A stretch of DNA of 64,000 bases, taken from NCBI GenBank assembly GCA_963514005.1, contig OY740823.1:620001-684000 (forward strand). The letters run 5' to 3'. A program made the position numbers and the translations under genes. Shown in pieces: positions 38,410-51,745 of the stretch (its first letter is position 1; every line of letters starts with the position of its first letter). Below the pieces are notes generated by a model. The model was not told the origin of the DNA, did not search any database, and was given only the letters and a program-made list of their open reading frames with translations. The DNA comes from Raja brachyura. Its lineage: Eukaryota.

Positions 38410-41220
38410 GAAACATAGAAAATCGGTGCAGGAGGAGGCCATTCGGCCCTTCGAGCCAGCACCGACATTCATTGTGATCTGCTGAACATCCCGTATCAAT
38501 AACACGTGCCTGCATTCTCCCCATATCCCTTGACCACTAGCCCCTAGAGCTGTATCTAACTCTCTCTTAAATCCAACCAGTGATTTGGCCTCCACTACCC
38601 TCTGTGGCAGGGAATTCCATAAATTCACAACTCTCTGGGTGAAAAAGCTTTTTCTCAGCTCAGTCTTAAATGACCTCGCATTTACTCTAAGACTGTGGCC
38701 CCTGGTTCTGGACTCACCCAACATTGGGAACACTTTTCCTGCATACAGTCCTTTTTATAATTTTATATGTTTTTATAAGACCCCCCCCCCCCCCCCCCCC
38801 CGATCCTTCTAAACTCCAGTGAATAAAAGCCTAGTCTTTTCAATCGTTTCTCGTATAACACTCCCGCCACCCCAGGGATCGATCTCGTGAACCTACGCTG
38901 CACTGCCTCAATCACAAGGATTTCCTTCCTCAAATTAGGAGACCAAATCTGTACACAATACTCCAGACGTAGTCTCACCAGAGCCCTATACAACTGCAGA
39001 AGAACCTCTTTACTCATATACTGAAACCCTCTTGTTATGTAGGCCAATATTCCATTAGCTTTCTTCACTGCCTTCTGTACCTGCACGCCGACTTTCAGTG
39101 ACCGGTCCACAAGGACACCCAGGTCTCACTGTACCTCCTCCTTACCTAACCTAACTCTATTTAGATAATAATCTGCCCCCTTGTTTTTGCCGCCAAAGTG
39201 GACAACCTCTCATTTATCTATATTATACTGCATCTGCCACGCATCTGCCCACTCGCTCAACCTGTCCAGGTCACCCTACAACCTCCTAACATCCTTTTCA
39301 CGGTTCACACTGCCTCCCAGCTTTGTGTCATCCGCAAACTTGCTAGTGTTGCTCCTAATTCCCTCTGCCAAATCATTAATATATATGGTAAACGGTCGCG
39401 ACCCCAACACCGAGCCTTGCGGCACTACACTTGCCATTGCCTGCCATTCTGGAAAGGACCCGTTCACTCCAATCTTTGCTTCCGGTCTGCCAACCAATTT
39501 TCTATCTATGTAAACACCCTACCCCCAATACCATGTGCTCTAATTTTAGTCACCAGTTTCCCGTGCGGGACCTTATGAAAGGCTTTCCCAAAGTTTCGAT
39601 ACACTACATCCACTGGCACCGCTTCATCCATTTTAAATGTCACATCCTCAAAACATTCCAGATTAGTCAAGCATGATTTAGTCAAGCGTGGATAGGTATA
39701 TGGACGGGAAGGGAATGGAGGGGTATGGTCTGAGTGCAGGTAGATGGGACTAGGGGAAAATGAATGGCCGGCACGGATTGGAAGGGCCGAGAAGGCCTGT
39801 TTCCGTGCTGTAATTGTTATACGGTTATATGGTTATATGATTTCCCGTTCAAAATCCATGTTGACTTGGACTAATCCTTTTACTACTATCCAAATGCCCC
39901 ATTCTCACCTCTTTAATAATTGACTCCAGCATCTTTCCCAGCACCGAAGTCAGGCTAACTGGTCTGTAATTCCCCGTTTTCTCTCTCGCTCCTTTCTTGA
40001 AAAGTGGGAAAACATTAGCTATCCTCCAATCCATAGAAACTGGAACTGAATCTATTGAACATTGGAAAATGATCACCAATGCGTCCACTATTTCTCGAGC
40101 CACCTCCCTTGGGACCCTGGGATGCAGACTTCCTTCAGTCCCATTAGCCTACCCAATACTATTTCTCGCCTAATGAAAATGTATTTCAGTTCCTCTACCC
40201 CCTTAGATCCTCTGTCGTCTAGTACATCTGGGAGATTGTATGTGTCTTCCTTAGTGAAGACAGATCCGAAGTACCTATTCAACTCTCCTGCCATGTCCTT
40301 GTTCTCCATAATGATTTCACCCGTGTCTGCCTTCAAGGGACCCACATTTCACGTAGCTACTCATTTTCCCTTAACATATCTAAATAAGCTTTTACTGTCC
40401 TTCTTTCTATTCCTCGCCAGCTTCCCTTCGTACTTCACATTTTCAGCCCGTATTGCCCGTTTTGTTTCCTTCTGTTGTCCTATGAACGTTTCCAAATCCC
40501 CTGGCTTCCGGCTACTCTGTGTTGTGTTATACATCTTTTCTTTTAGTTGCATTCTATCCCTAACTTCTCTTGTCAGCCAAGGTTGCCTCCAACTCCCCTC
40601 AGAACCTTTCTTCCTTTTTGGAATGAAATGATCGTGCGCCTTCCGGATAATGCCCATAAATTCCTGCCATTGCTGTTCCACCATCATTCCTGCTAGGATC
40701 CCTTTCCAGTCTATCTTGGCCAGCTCCCCTCTCATTCGTTCATAGTCCCCTTTGTTCAACTGCATCACTGCTACTTTTGATTTAATGTACTCCTTAAATT
40801 GCAGCTTAAAACTAATCATATTATGATCACTACCTCCAAGCAGTTCCTTTACCTCTAGTTCTCCTATCATATATGGTTCATTGGACAACACTAAATCCAG
40901 AATTGCCTTTTCTCTGGCCGGCTCCATTACAATCTGCTCTTAGAACCCATCTCTGAGTCATTCGACAAATTCTCTTTCTTGGGGTCCTGAACCAACCTGA
41001 TTTTCCCAGTCTCTCTGCACATTGAAATCCCCCATCACCCCAGTGGCATTACCTTTGTTACATGCCCGTTTTTACTCCTGCTGCAACTTACACCCTACAC
41101 ACGGGCCGCTATTTGGGGGTCTGTAAATAACAACAATTAGTGTCTTCTTGCCTTTACAATTCCTAAACTCAATCCACAGTGACCATACATCGTCAGTCTC
41201 TGTGACTTCCCTCGCATGGT
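38410..41220 (-). mobile_element. Old CR1 relic in the copy B intron, with a young CR1 3' end at ~39688-39838
   Basis: Fragmented EN/RT ORFs. The tail ends ~65 bp before the fourth Ig exon acceptor. Confidence 0.88.
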
Positions 41221-41673
41221 TTACTGATGTAGAAAATTGTGAGAGGCATGCATCGTGTGAAGTTAAAGTCATTTTTCGCAAAGCGGAAATGTTAAAGACG
41301 AGAGAACATATGTTTCAGGTCCGGAGACTTCAACGTTCCAGTAAAAAAACATGTTTGTCCTTGGACGTAAGTGTAGGTAAGTAAGTGTGTACGTTTGCAA
41401 ATGTCGCAGACATTGTGGCGCTTTGGAAACTGATAATGCGGGAGAAGGAGGCAAACCAGTTCCTAACCCTACTGAAAGGGACTGTAGATGCTTACCAATC
41501 AATGTGATCTCCCCCCGCCCCCTTTCAACTATCTTCCAGATTTCTCCACCGTACTATAATCAATCTGAATTGGTCAAGAATGATTTGTTCGCGCAACATC
41601 TATGCGGCAGCATCAATCTGACTCGTTCTGCCCCGCCTCCTTTCCAGCTTTCTCTCCCATGTACTCACTACAA

Positions 41674-42321
41674 GGATAGCAAAAGGATTTGAGTATAGGA
41701 GCAGGGAGGTTCTACTTCAGTTGTATAGGGTCTTGGTGAGGCCACACCTGGAGTATTGCGTACAGTTCTGGTCTCTAAATCTGAGGAAGGACATTATTGC
41801 CATAGAGGGAGTGCAGAGAAGGTTCACCAGACTGATTCCTGGGATGTCAGGCCTGTCTTATGAACAAAGACTGCATAGACTCGGTTTATACTCTCTAGAA
41901 TTTAGGAGATTAAGAGGGGATCTTATAGAAACTTATACAATTCTTAAGGGGTTGGACAGGCTAGATGCAGGAAGATTGTTCCCGATGTTGGGGAGGTCCA
42001 GGACAAGGGGTCACAGCTTAAGGATCAGGGGGAAATCCTTTAGGACCGAGATGAGAAGGAATTTTTTCACACAGAGAGTGGTGGGTCTCTGGAACTCTCT
42101 GCCACAGAGGTAGTTGAGGCCAGTTCATTGGCTATATTTAAGAGGGGGTTAGATGTGGCCCTTGTGGCTAAGGGGATCAGAGGGTATGGAGAGAAGGCAG
42201 GTACGGGATACTGAGTTGGATGATCAGCCATGATCATATTGAATGGCGGTGCAGGCTCGAAGGGCCGAATGGCCTAATCCTGCACCTAATTTCTATGTTT
42301 CTATGTTTCTATGTTTCTATG
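41674..42321 (+). mobile_element. CR1 3' fragment, copy B-specific
   Basis: TSD tacaa and (TTTCTATG)n tail. Empty site at ~5770. Confidence 0.9.
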
Positions 42322-43253
42322 TACAATCGTTGAAGAAGTGTCCCGACCCGAAACGTCGGTTATCCTTTCTCCAAATATACTGCCGGATCTGTTCAGTTAG
42401 ATCAACCAATAAACATGTTGTTTGTGAGGTCAATTGGACGATGTTGGTTGGCTCCGATGCTTAAATGAGTGGTGTAATCTGGCCGTAATTTTACAATAGG
42501 GATATGGAACAAAGAACCAGGCCATTGGGCCGAGCAAACGCATACCGACCATCAATTGCACATGTACGCGAATTACAATTTAATTTGCTTACATTTCCAT
42601 CAAGGGCGCAGATCCTGCTACTCATTCATCATCTAGTGGAAACCTAACCGTTGATGGGGATGTGGAATAAAATGAATTGAGCAATGATCAGTGTACAATC
42701 CGAGGTTTGATGTTAGGTGTGGTGCGTCAAAGCGCCTGTATCTGTGCTGTATTGGTCCATGGCAATCCTGATCAATGACCCATATCTCTTCTCCACAGAT
42801 GTTCCCTGACCCGTTCATTTACCCTTGTATGTTGTGTCTATCTGCTGAACGATCAGAATGGCATTAAGGAATATTGGTTCTTTACAATCATGGGTATGAC
42901 ATGGTAAACTAAAGTGTCCGAATGATATCGCTCTGTGTCTAAGTATTGTTACGAATCGATGTGGTTTGTTTGAGTTTTATTAACAGTTAATGGGAGCGGT
43001 AGGTGGAGCAATGTGTGGAGTTGGACCTCATATTAAAACCGGTATCGGGCGGAATAATAGAAACGGCTCCAGTGAACGTTTGGGTTCCTTCTGTACTTGC
43101 GTCAAGTTTTTTCAAGGCAATCATTGTGAGGAGTTAGTGGGTCAAACAGGTAGATTTTTAGCAAACGCGGAAATAGACATTTATCGGAGGAAGTCCTCAG
43201 CTCAGATACCAAGCAGCCGATGTCTCGGTCATCCGATCACAACAAATACTCAC

Positions 43254-43514
43254 GCTGACTGACGACTCGCACGGGCGCGGAACGTAAGCTCCCAAGAATG
43301 TTTCTCGCCACGCAGCTGTAGGATGTAGTTGCCTTTTCCGACTCAAGGTGAACGGTGATAATTTGACGTTCCCACCTTAGATCAGTCTCAACGCCACGGG
43401 TGACCTTGAACCAGGAGAAACTAGTTGCACTGGGGTTGGCGTCACTGGAACAACGCAGAGCAATCGTGTTGGCTTCTCTGAAGACCCACTCGACCACCGT
43501 GATCTCGGGGGAAT
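43254..43514 (-). CDS. Copy B, third Ig (C2) domain exon (261 nt)
   Basis: tgtgtttccaag| ... CAG C|gtgagt. YSPEIT..LRCSSDANPS..FSWFK..YSCVARNILG is a C2-set signature. Confidence 0.92.
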
Positions 43515-46500
43515 CTTGGAAACACAACATCATCGGCATGTCAGCGGGAGAGAAATGGAAACATTTCGACTCCTGCGTGTCGTGTGTCTGGCAACCGCCA
43601 AACAACGAGGAAAAGCAGCCCAGTTAGCTGCCACAATAACCAGCATCCCCAACACCAACACTGCCTCCGACAACAGTCATTTATGTCCACTCTTACAACC
43701 TCTTACAGTGTGTAAGCTGTTACATACTGAGGCCGCAAGCTACATCTTCTGCCGGCAATATTGACCGAGGATTTCGACGCAGGGGAGAGGAGCTCCTACA
43801 TTTTACTCGCGTCCCACATCACTTTATATATCATCAGCTCTCTGTTATAGAAGGACCTGAGTCGCAAAGGCTTGACCTGTTGAACGGGATAAAACTGTCA
43901 TAATCGCAAGGACATTCTCCAATCGGTAAAGCCTACCAGAAAATTCCAAGTGTCCAAAGTCAGGACGGCGTGAGAGAGAATGTGTTGCCCCTCGGGTTCT
44001 AAATATAAATGTTGCTATTTCCATCTAAAACATATTCCCCTGATTCTTGATTCTCCTACTCTGCTCACAAAGTTCAGTTAATTCGCACTATATTTTTATC
44101 TCACGATTTTATAGACCTCAATATAATCAGGCCTAATCCGCTGCTCTCCAAAAAATTGAGACCTAGCATGCACAAGCTGTGCCTGTAACTCAGGCCCTCA
44201 AGTCTTGGGATCATCGTAATTCCATCCTGTACTCTTGCCAGCATAACGCCACAATGACATGTCAGCTGTGATCTAAGCAGTGTTTTCTATCTTGTGGGAA
44301 TATACGAGGTATAATCAGTATGTTTGGAGATGGCACGATACCATGGTTATGTCATAAATAACGAATAGATTTATAAACAACTAGACCAAGTGAGTCCCGA
44401 CGCAATATTCCACCACTCACCCGTACCCCCAAAGCAACACATTTCCACCCCTCACCCGTTCCCCCAACGCAACCCGTTCCCCAACGCAATATTCCACCAC
44501 TCACCCATAGCCCCAAACTGCGCAGGCACGGCTCATTTCCCCTCAACCCCCAACATTCCCTCCTCCTCCTCTTCGCCCTCCATCTTCTCTCCACTCTCCC
44601 CTCTCCTCCACCACTCCCTCCCTCACCTCTACTTCATTCTCCTTTCCCCTACCCTCAGCCCCAATCCCCCTCTCCTTCCATAACCACTTTCCTATCGCCC
44701 TGCTCCCCCACTCATCACCTCTCCCCTATCCCACTCCGCCACTAAACCCAATGTTTAAATAACATTTCTCGTCCCCCACTCCTTCTCTCTCCTTGTAACA
44801 ATGTCACAAATCTCTCACTGCACTGGGTGGAACACTGATGATGGGCAGTGTAAATGAGATCCTATTGTGATGTCATTGTCGATTGGAGCACTGCTCACGG
44901 GCAGTTTATGTAAATTAGATCCCATTGTGGCGTCATACCTGCTAACTGCCGCTGCAACTGACACATAAAGTTCAAATGTTTTTTCTCAAACTGGATTATG
45001 AAAGGTGGTAGATGTAATGAACGAGCGACCAGAGGCGTTAGTTGACGCAGAAATTAAAGCAACATATAAAAGGCATTTTGACAGATAGATAGATAGGAAA
45101 GGTTCAGAGGATTAAGGGGTAAATGCAGGCAGGTCGAACTAGGATACACTGTAGACATTGTAGACAGGGGTAAGTTGTGCCGACCGGGCTGTACGACACT
45201 AGCTTCATCCACCACAATCCGTGTATTCTATCCGTGTCCGGTACTTTGTTGTGGTCTAGCCATGATATATGACATAGAAAATAACATTTAATGCGCTGAC
45301 TATGATCTAATCAAAGACCACAAGGACGGAAGACGTGCACATTCTTCCAAGACCCGCCGTACAATCAAGGGTAGAAAGGAACTGCATATGCTGGTTTAAA
45401 CCGATGATAGACAGAAAATATTTGAGTAACTCTATGGGACTGGCCGCATCTCTGTAGAGAAGGAATGGGTGACGTTTCGTGTCGAGACCCTTCTTCAGAC
45501 AAGTTAGGGGAAAGGGAAACGAGAGATATAGACAATGATATAGATGATGTAGAGAGATATTGGTCAAATCAATTAAATATATTTTAAAAGGGTACAATGT
45601 TGAAGAAAACAAGCCATTGTTAGCCGCTTGCTTGGTGAGAACGGGAACCTTGTGCGACTTGAGTGGGAGAGGGATGGATTGAGAGGGAGTGCAAGGGTTT
45701 CTTTAAGTTGGTTAAATCAATATTCATACCACTGGGTTGCAAGCTGCCCAAGCGAAATATGAAATGCAGTTACTCAAATGGATATCAATTTTAACCAACG
45801 GATTTATTTTTGCATCAACTGTGCCATATTCACGTAACTTGCTTTTCCTTTGTGATGCCCTCTTTGAATGGATAATGTTCACAATGCAGATAATACTCTG
45901 GCAAGTGTTAGCTGTTTCAATTCCATATGCAAACCACGGCTGGATTTACAGATTCTCGGAGAGTATAACATAACAGAGAGTTATCTGACAAGATGTGGTG
46001 TACACGGTTCCCGGTATAGGAATTAGTGCGCAGTTCCCTGAACGTGTTTTTTGTTTATGTGGATAGAATGGCAAGAGGGGTTTCGCATGATTGACCGCTT
46101 TTGGAATGATATTAACGACAACATTCGTGATACCACGATGCAGCTGTTGGTGTCGGAAGTGCACATGTTATGGCTGCACAATTGGGCCATTCGGCCCATC
46201 GAGTCTACTCCGCCATTCACTCATGGCTCATCTAATCCCATTTTCCTGCCTCCTCCCCATAACCCATGACGACCGTTATGATCAATAATATCTACCTCTG
46301 CGTTACAAATATCCACTGACTTGGCCTCCACAGCCCTCTAGGGTAATGAGTTCCATAGATTAACTACCTTCTAACTAAATAGGTTCATCCTCACGTCATT
46401 TCTAAAAGAACGCCCGTTAATTCGGGAGGCTATGAACTCTGGTCTTGGACTCTCCCACAACTCCCAAAATCCTGTCCACACCCACTCTGTACATGCCTTC

Positions 46501-47228
46501 CTTTATTCTGTACGTTCCAATGATGTCCCGCTTCAACCTTCTATACTCCAGCCAGTAGAGGTCCAGTTCTGTCAAACGCTCATCACACGCTAACCCACCT
46601 ATTCCGGGAATCAATCCTGTAAACCTCCTCTGGACCATTTAGAGCCAGGGCATCATTTTTAGATATGAGGCCCATATTTTCTCACAGTACTCCACATGCA
46701 GCCTAACCATCGCCTTATAGAGCCTCAGCGTTACGTACCTCTTTTTTCATTCCAGTCCTCTTGTTATAAATGTTAATCATGGCGTGGATGTGCCCCACCA
46801 AAAATTTAAGGATATAATTACGATGGAACATATGCAGAAGAGATTCACTCAGGGTGTCAATTGAGTGTACAGGCTTGGATTATAGTGGTAGACTGGGCAT
46901 ACTTGGCCATTTTGTCTTTAGAACGCAGTGGGCTGACGGCTGATATGATGTTCGTGTACAAGAGCACGCATGAATTGAATCTATGGAAGAAGATTCTAAA
47001 ACTGGAGGATCACTCAGATTGTAATCCGTATCTGAACCTCTTTGCCTGGGGAAGCTATGAAGTAAAATTATAACTTTCAAAAGACGGCTTTGCAAATATA
47101 TGGATGGGAAGTATTTCGAGGGATGAGGCCCAAATGCAAGCAGACGCGAGGCCCCACGAACGCCAAATAGGTCAAGCTGTACGGATCGGTGACTCTTTGG
47201 CTATAATACTTTGTAAAAAAAAACTTAC

Positions 47229-47519
47229 ATTTTACATCCAGGGTAACGGAGTTTTCCAGTCTGTGACTCGTATCAAAGTAGTCAACCGTACAACGAACCG
47301 TTTCCCCGTGATGAGAGGCGAAAGGAATAAAAGACAAGACAGTGGTAATTTCTCCGCTCGTTTCCTCCCCAAGCGCATGGCGGATGGAATATGGCAGCTC
47401 ACTCCAGGTGAGAGATGGGCGTTGATCGGGACATGTGTAGAGGGCTTTGCAGAGGATATTCACCGGGATCCCCTCGATGAGAATTTCCGGGATTAAAATC
47501 TCCGGTTTTTCAGGCATAT
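47229..47519 (-). CDS. Copy B, second Ig (C2-type) domain exon (291 nt)
   Basis: tttccaatctccag| ... AAA T|gtaagt. DMPEKPEILIP..ILCKALYTCPDQRPSLTW..LSFIPFASHHGETVRC..SVTLDVK resembles Siglec/MAG domain 2, including the extra Cys (CP) for the V-d2 interdomain disulfide. Confidence 0.92.
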
Positions 47520-48602
47520 CTGGAGATTGGAAACATCTAGTAAAACAACATGCAGGACTGAAGTGGGATGGGGTGGGGGGCCGGTGATGCGATTTATATT
47601 TTAGACTCAAACTGTTGTTAGTCCACAACGCACTGCCTTGGAGGGAGCAAAGAACAATGTGCTGTAGGAACACCACCTGCTGAGCAGCATTTGTGGAGGG
47701 AAAGAGATGGTATGGAAGGCACAATCTCAACCCAAATTTTCAACCATCATTTTGACTCCATTGATGTTGGTCGCTGAGTCACTCCAACTATTTTTGTTCT
47801 CTTCCTCCGGAATCCACCATCTGTAGCCTCTTATCTGACCAAGAGCGTGGGGCATGCTATGATTCTCCGATAATTTAAAAAATCACCTGTCCATCCATCT
47901 ATCCACCCGTCTGTCCACCACCTGACAACCATCCGTCCACCATCTGTCCACCACTTCTCCACCCATACATCCCCCATCCGTCTACCGAAATTTCTACCCA
48001 CCCATCTATCCTTCGATCTATCCATCTACCTATTCTCTATATGTACCAATCTCATTTTTTAAGAGTGTCGCCGAGGACAAATCGCCATGACTGCACTATT
48101 CCAGAGTGCAAGGTCCTAGGAATCACGGCAGTTCCGCTGATCAATTTCACCAGGGGGCTTTCAAGGTTGTTTTACCTCCCTGCCTATTCGGCCAATCAAC
48201 CTACAAATATGTACGTCAGAGGAGTGCGGCAGAAAACCGTAGCACCCCGAGAAACCCCGCGTACTCCCAGGGAGAACGTGGAAAGATCACGTAGAAAGCA
48301 CCCGTAGAGAAGATGGAACCCCCGTCTTTGGCGCTGTGGAGCATAATCTCTACCACTCGCTTGAACCACGCGTGTTGGCCGCCAAGCCGTTACTAGCACC
48401 ACTCTCTCATTGAACATTTCGCCCTCTGTACTGTCGCTGTCCCAATACGCATTCCCATTGCTGTGCAATTCCCCAAGCTGCAAACCTCCTGCGCTCGTTC
48501 TAAAGGGACTGACAAAGGACTTAGAAAGGAAATTTCAAAATGGAGCGAAACCAACTCTGAAGTACGTGTGTACAGCGGACGCAAACTTTGAAGGGGCCTC
48601 AC

Positions 48603-48959
48603 CCAGAACGTGCAGTTGGACGGGGGGCAAGTAGGTGTAAGTATCAAATCCGTCCAATTCCACGTAAAAATAGTACACATCAGAGTCTTCGTGTCTGAGG
48701 TGATTGATCCTCAGCGAGCAGTCTTTCTCTTCCAGGTTACCAACGATTTCAGCCCGCCCTTTGAACGCGGCCATCCCGTAGTTGGGATCTCTGGAGTAAG
48801 ACACTGTGTACTTCCAGTAGTACCAGTACTTGAACCACGCTCCGTGGATAGCGGTGTAAGGATGCGAGGGGAAGTCGAACGTACAGGGTATCACCACGCA
48901 AGACCTCCTGATGGCACGAAGGGGCCGAGCCCGCATGGTCCATTCACCAGCCTGCACGC
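48603..48959 (-). CDS. Siglec/MAG-like gene copy B, N-terminal V-set Ig domain exon (357 nt)
   Basis: ccattccag| ... CTG G|gtgagg, phase 1-1. SCVVIPCTFDFP..HGAWF..FKGRAEIVGNLEEKDCSLRI..DSDVYYFYVE matches the Siglec/MAG V domain: B- and E-strand Cys, no F-strand Cys. Confidence 0.93.
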
Positions 48960-49029
48960 CTGGAATGGTGGAGCAGATAAGTTGACGATAGTGTTAAATT
49001 GTGCGGCAGGGACAACTAAAACAGCAATC

Positions 49030-49317
49030 GACAATCTACTTGAATGATTAAAGTTAAGTCATTGGTAGCTTCAACAGAAAAAATAAAATTCTGACGCTGC
49101 ACATTTTATACAATTACATAGCTACAATATGCCATAATTTAAAAAACCAGAAAATAACATTTCTACTGTCATGGACAATCTACTTGAATGATTAAAGTTG
49201 TCATTGGCACCTTCAACAGAAAAAAATAAAATTCTGACTTGCTGCACATTTTATACAATTACATAGCTACAATATGCCATAATTAAAAAAACCAGAAAAT
49301 AACATTTCTACTGTCAT
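49030..49317. repeat. Tandem duplication of ~144 bp just upstream of the V-exon acceptor
   Basis: gacaatctacttgaatgattaaag..ttctactgtcat at 49030-49172 and 49174-49317. Confidence 0.92.
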
Positions 49318-49719
49318 AGAGTTGAGGTGAAGGGGGAACATTTAATATGAATCTGAGGGGTAACTTTTTCGCCACAAATGTTTAGTTTAGTTTAGTTTAG
49401 TTCACACACAGAGCGGAAATGGGCCATTCGGCCCTCCATGTCCACGCCGACCAACGATTCCCGCACTCTAACACTATCCTACACAATCGGGACAATTTCC
49501 AATTTTACAGAAGACAATTAAACTATACTTCTTTGGCGTGGTGGGTGTACGAAACGACAGAGGAGGTAGCCGACGCATGGATTATTGCAACGTTGAATAT
49601 ACTATTAAACAAACACTTGGATAGGACAGAGTTGGCGGTATATGGGTCAAACGGCTGCAGGTGGGACTAGTATACAATGGCATGTGGGCCGGTGTGGACA
49701 ACATTGACCTAAGGGCCAG

Positions 49720-50628
49720 TTTTCATTCATTCATTCATTCATCCATCCATTCATTCATTATTTCATTCATTCAATCAATCATCAATCAATCAATCAAACT
49801 ACCAACCAACAGATCGATCAACAGACCGATCAATCAATCAATCGATCACTCGACTAATGAATCAAACAATGAAGCAAACAGAAAATCAATGAACGAATGA
49901 ATGATTGAATCAATCAATCAATCAATCAATAAGCATGCACATAAATAAATACATAAATAAATAAATAAATACATAAATAAATAAATAGGTCAGTAACTAG
50001 ACAGGTAGATAGATAAAGAAATTAATACATAAAAGACACGTAGAACAATAAGCAAATAAAACATAAATAAATGAACAGATAGAATAATAGATAGATAAAC
50101 GGATAAATAAATAGACAAATAAATAAATAGCAGGTGAATAAATAGATAGAGAAATAGATTAATAAGCGAACATATAGTCAAATGAATAAATAAGAGGATA
50201 AATAAATATATAAATAAGAGGATAAATTTATCATTAAATTGATAACTGTAAATATAAATAAATAAAACGATAAGGATAAATAAATGGATAAATAAACAAA
50301 CAGATAGATAAATAAAGCAATCAATTAGCTAACCTATCAATCGAGCCATGGATCAACTGATCAATCAATCAACCAATCAATCAATCAACGAATTAATCGA
50401 TCGATCGTTCAATCAATCATCGAATCGATCAATTAATCTATAAATCAATCAATCAAACGATCGATTATCCACGATCAATCAACCAACCAATCAATCAAAC
50501 AATCAACCAGTCAATCATAAATCAATCAATCAACCTACCAATCAACCTAACAATCAATCACTCAATCAACAATCAATCAATGAATCGATCAATCTATCTA
50601 TCAATCTATCTATCAATCAATCAATCAG
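49720..50628. repeat. Compound tetranucleotide microsatellite (TTCA/TCAA/ATAA/ATAG)
   Basis: ~900 bp of degenerate 4-mer arrays. Confidence 0.92.
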
Positions 50629-51315
50629 ATCTCCTCTACATCTTAAACTTTTGATCTCCCTTCTATTCTTTCAGACGCGTTAAGTGCCTCGACCCGGAAT
50701 GTTGTTTGTTCGGTTCTCTGCACAATGGTTGCCTGATCCGCAGGGAAATTCAGAAGATTGTTTGTTTATCCACAACATTGTCATCTGCAAATATTCGAGA
50801 TCGCTGCCCCAACGATAGGCTCCCTTGGATTTCTTATTTCTCATCCATATCACCGCAAACATAGAACCGTACACCAGAGGAACAGGTCCTATGGGCCACC
50901 ATTCCTGTGATGAAAATGCTGCCACATCAATCTCCTCCGCCTGCACATAAATCATATCACACCATTCACTGCACATCTATGGACCTATCTGAAATATTTC
51001 AAAATGTCACTATCGTATCTCCCTCCACCACTACCCCAGCTGTCCATTCCAGGCACCCGCCGTTCTCTGTGCACAAAACGTGCACCATGCAACTGCTGTT
51101 GGCGAAGTGGCAGGAAGGAGGAATGATCACAGGATGGATGATAGACGATGATTCCGACAATTGAGATGTTGAACCAATAGGCTCCATGGCCTCAACGGTG
51201 GTGGCCGACTCGTGTGCGTTATTACACTGCGTCCATGCTGACAATAGCCCCATCGTATCACTATTATAATTTGCAAGGGATGTAAGCAATACTTTCGCAA
51301 CGTTGCCGATTTTAC

Positions 51316-51355
51316 CTTGGAGAAGTAACAAGGGGAAGCAATATTGCCAGATCAT
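51316..51355 (-). CDS. Siglec/MAG-like gene copy B, signal-peptide exon (MIWQYCFPLLLLQ-G; full exon 51397-51316)
   Basis: Acceptor tttttttttacag, ATG with A at -3, hydrophobic leader, phase-1 donor AAG|gtaaaa. Joins in frame to the V exon to give MIWQYCFPLLLLQGVQA|GEW. Confidence 0.85.
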
Positions 51356-51433
51356 TGTGTTTTCTTGAATATATCGTCCGTTTACGGTTATCGGGATCTG
51401 TAAAAAAAAGAACACTCAAATAATATCACTATG

Positions 51434-51745
51434 GGCGGCACGGTGGCACAGCGGACAGAGTTGCTGCCTTGCAGTGTGGAGAGACCCGGGTTCCATCCTG
51501 CCTCCGGGAATTGTCTGTCCGGATTTTGTACGCTTCCACGTAACCTGCGTGGGTTTACGGCTGGCACTGCGCTATCCGCCCACACACCAAAGACGTTGTG
51601 GTTTGTAGGTCAATTGGCATCAATAACATTTTAAATTGTATCTAGTGTGTGTAGGGTGATGTTCGTGTACAGGAATCGTAGGTCGGCGCGGACTCCGCAG
51701 GCCGAAGGGCATATTACACCGCTATATCTATAAATTAAGCTAAAC
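51434..51745 (+). mobile_element. tRNA-derived SINE (HE1-like)
   Basis: ggcggcacggtggcacagcgg (A box), gggttccatcc (B box), and a CR1-like 3' tail. Confidence 0.75.

Noticed and set aside
37668-38477. 269-aa plus-strand ORF
   Set aside because: Antisense shadow of the GC-rich fourth Ig exon with no recognisable domain.
48780-48810. CACAGTG heptamer inside the V exon (possible RSS / rearranging gene)
   Set aside because: No nonamer at 12- or 23-nt spacing, and the V exon already encodes its own G strand and ends in a splice donor.
38042-51355. Calling copy B MAG or CD22 itself
   Set aside because: It has only four Ig exons, is far more divergent than the conserved MAG sequence, lacks the essential Arg and is multi-copy. 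No gene symbol assigned.
51434-51510. tRNA-like A/B boxes
   Set aside because: SINE heads followed by LINE-like tails, not tRNA genes.
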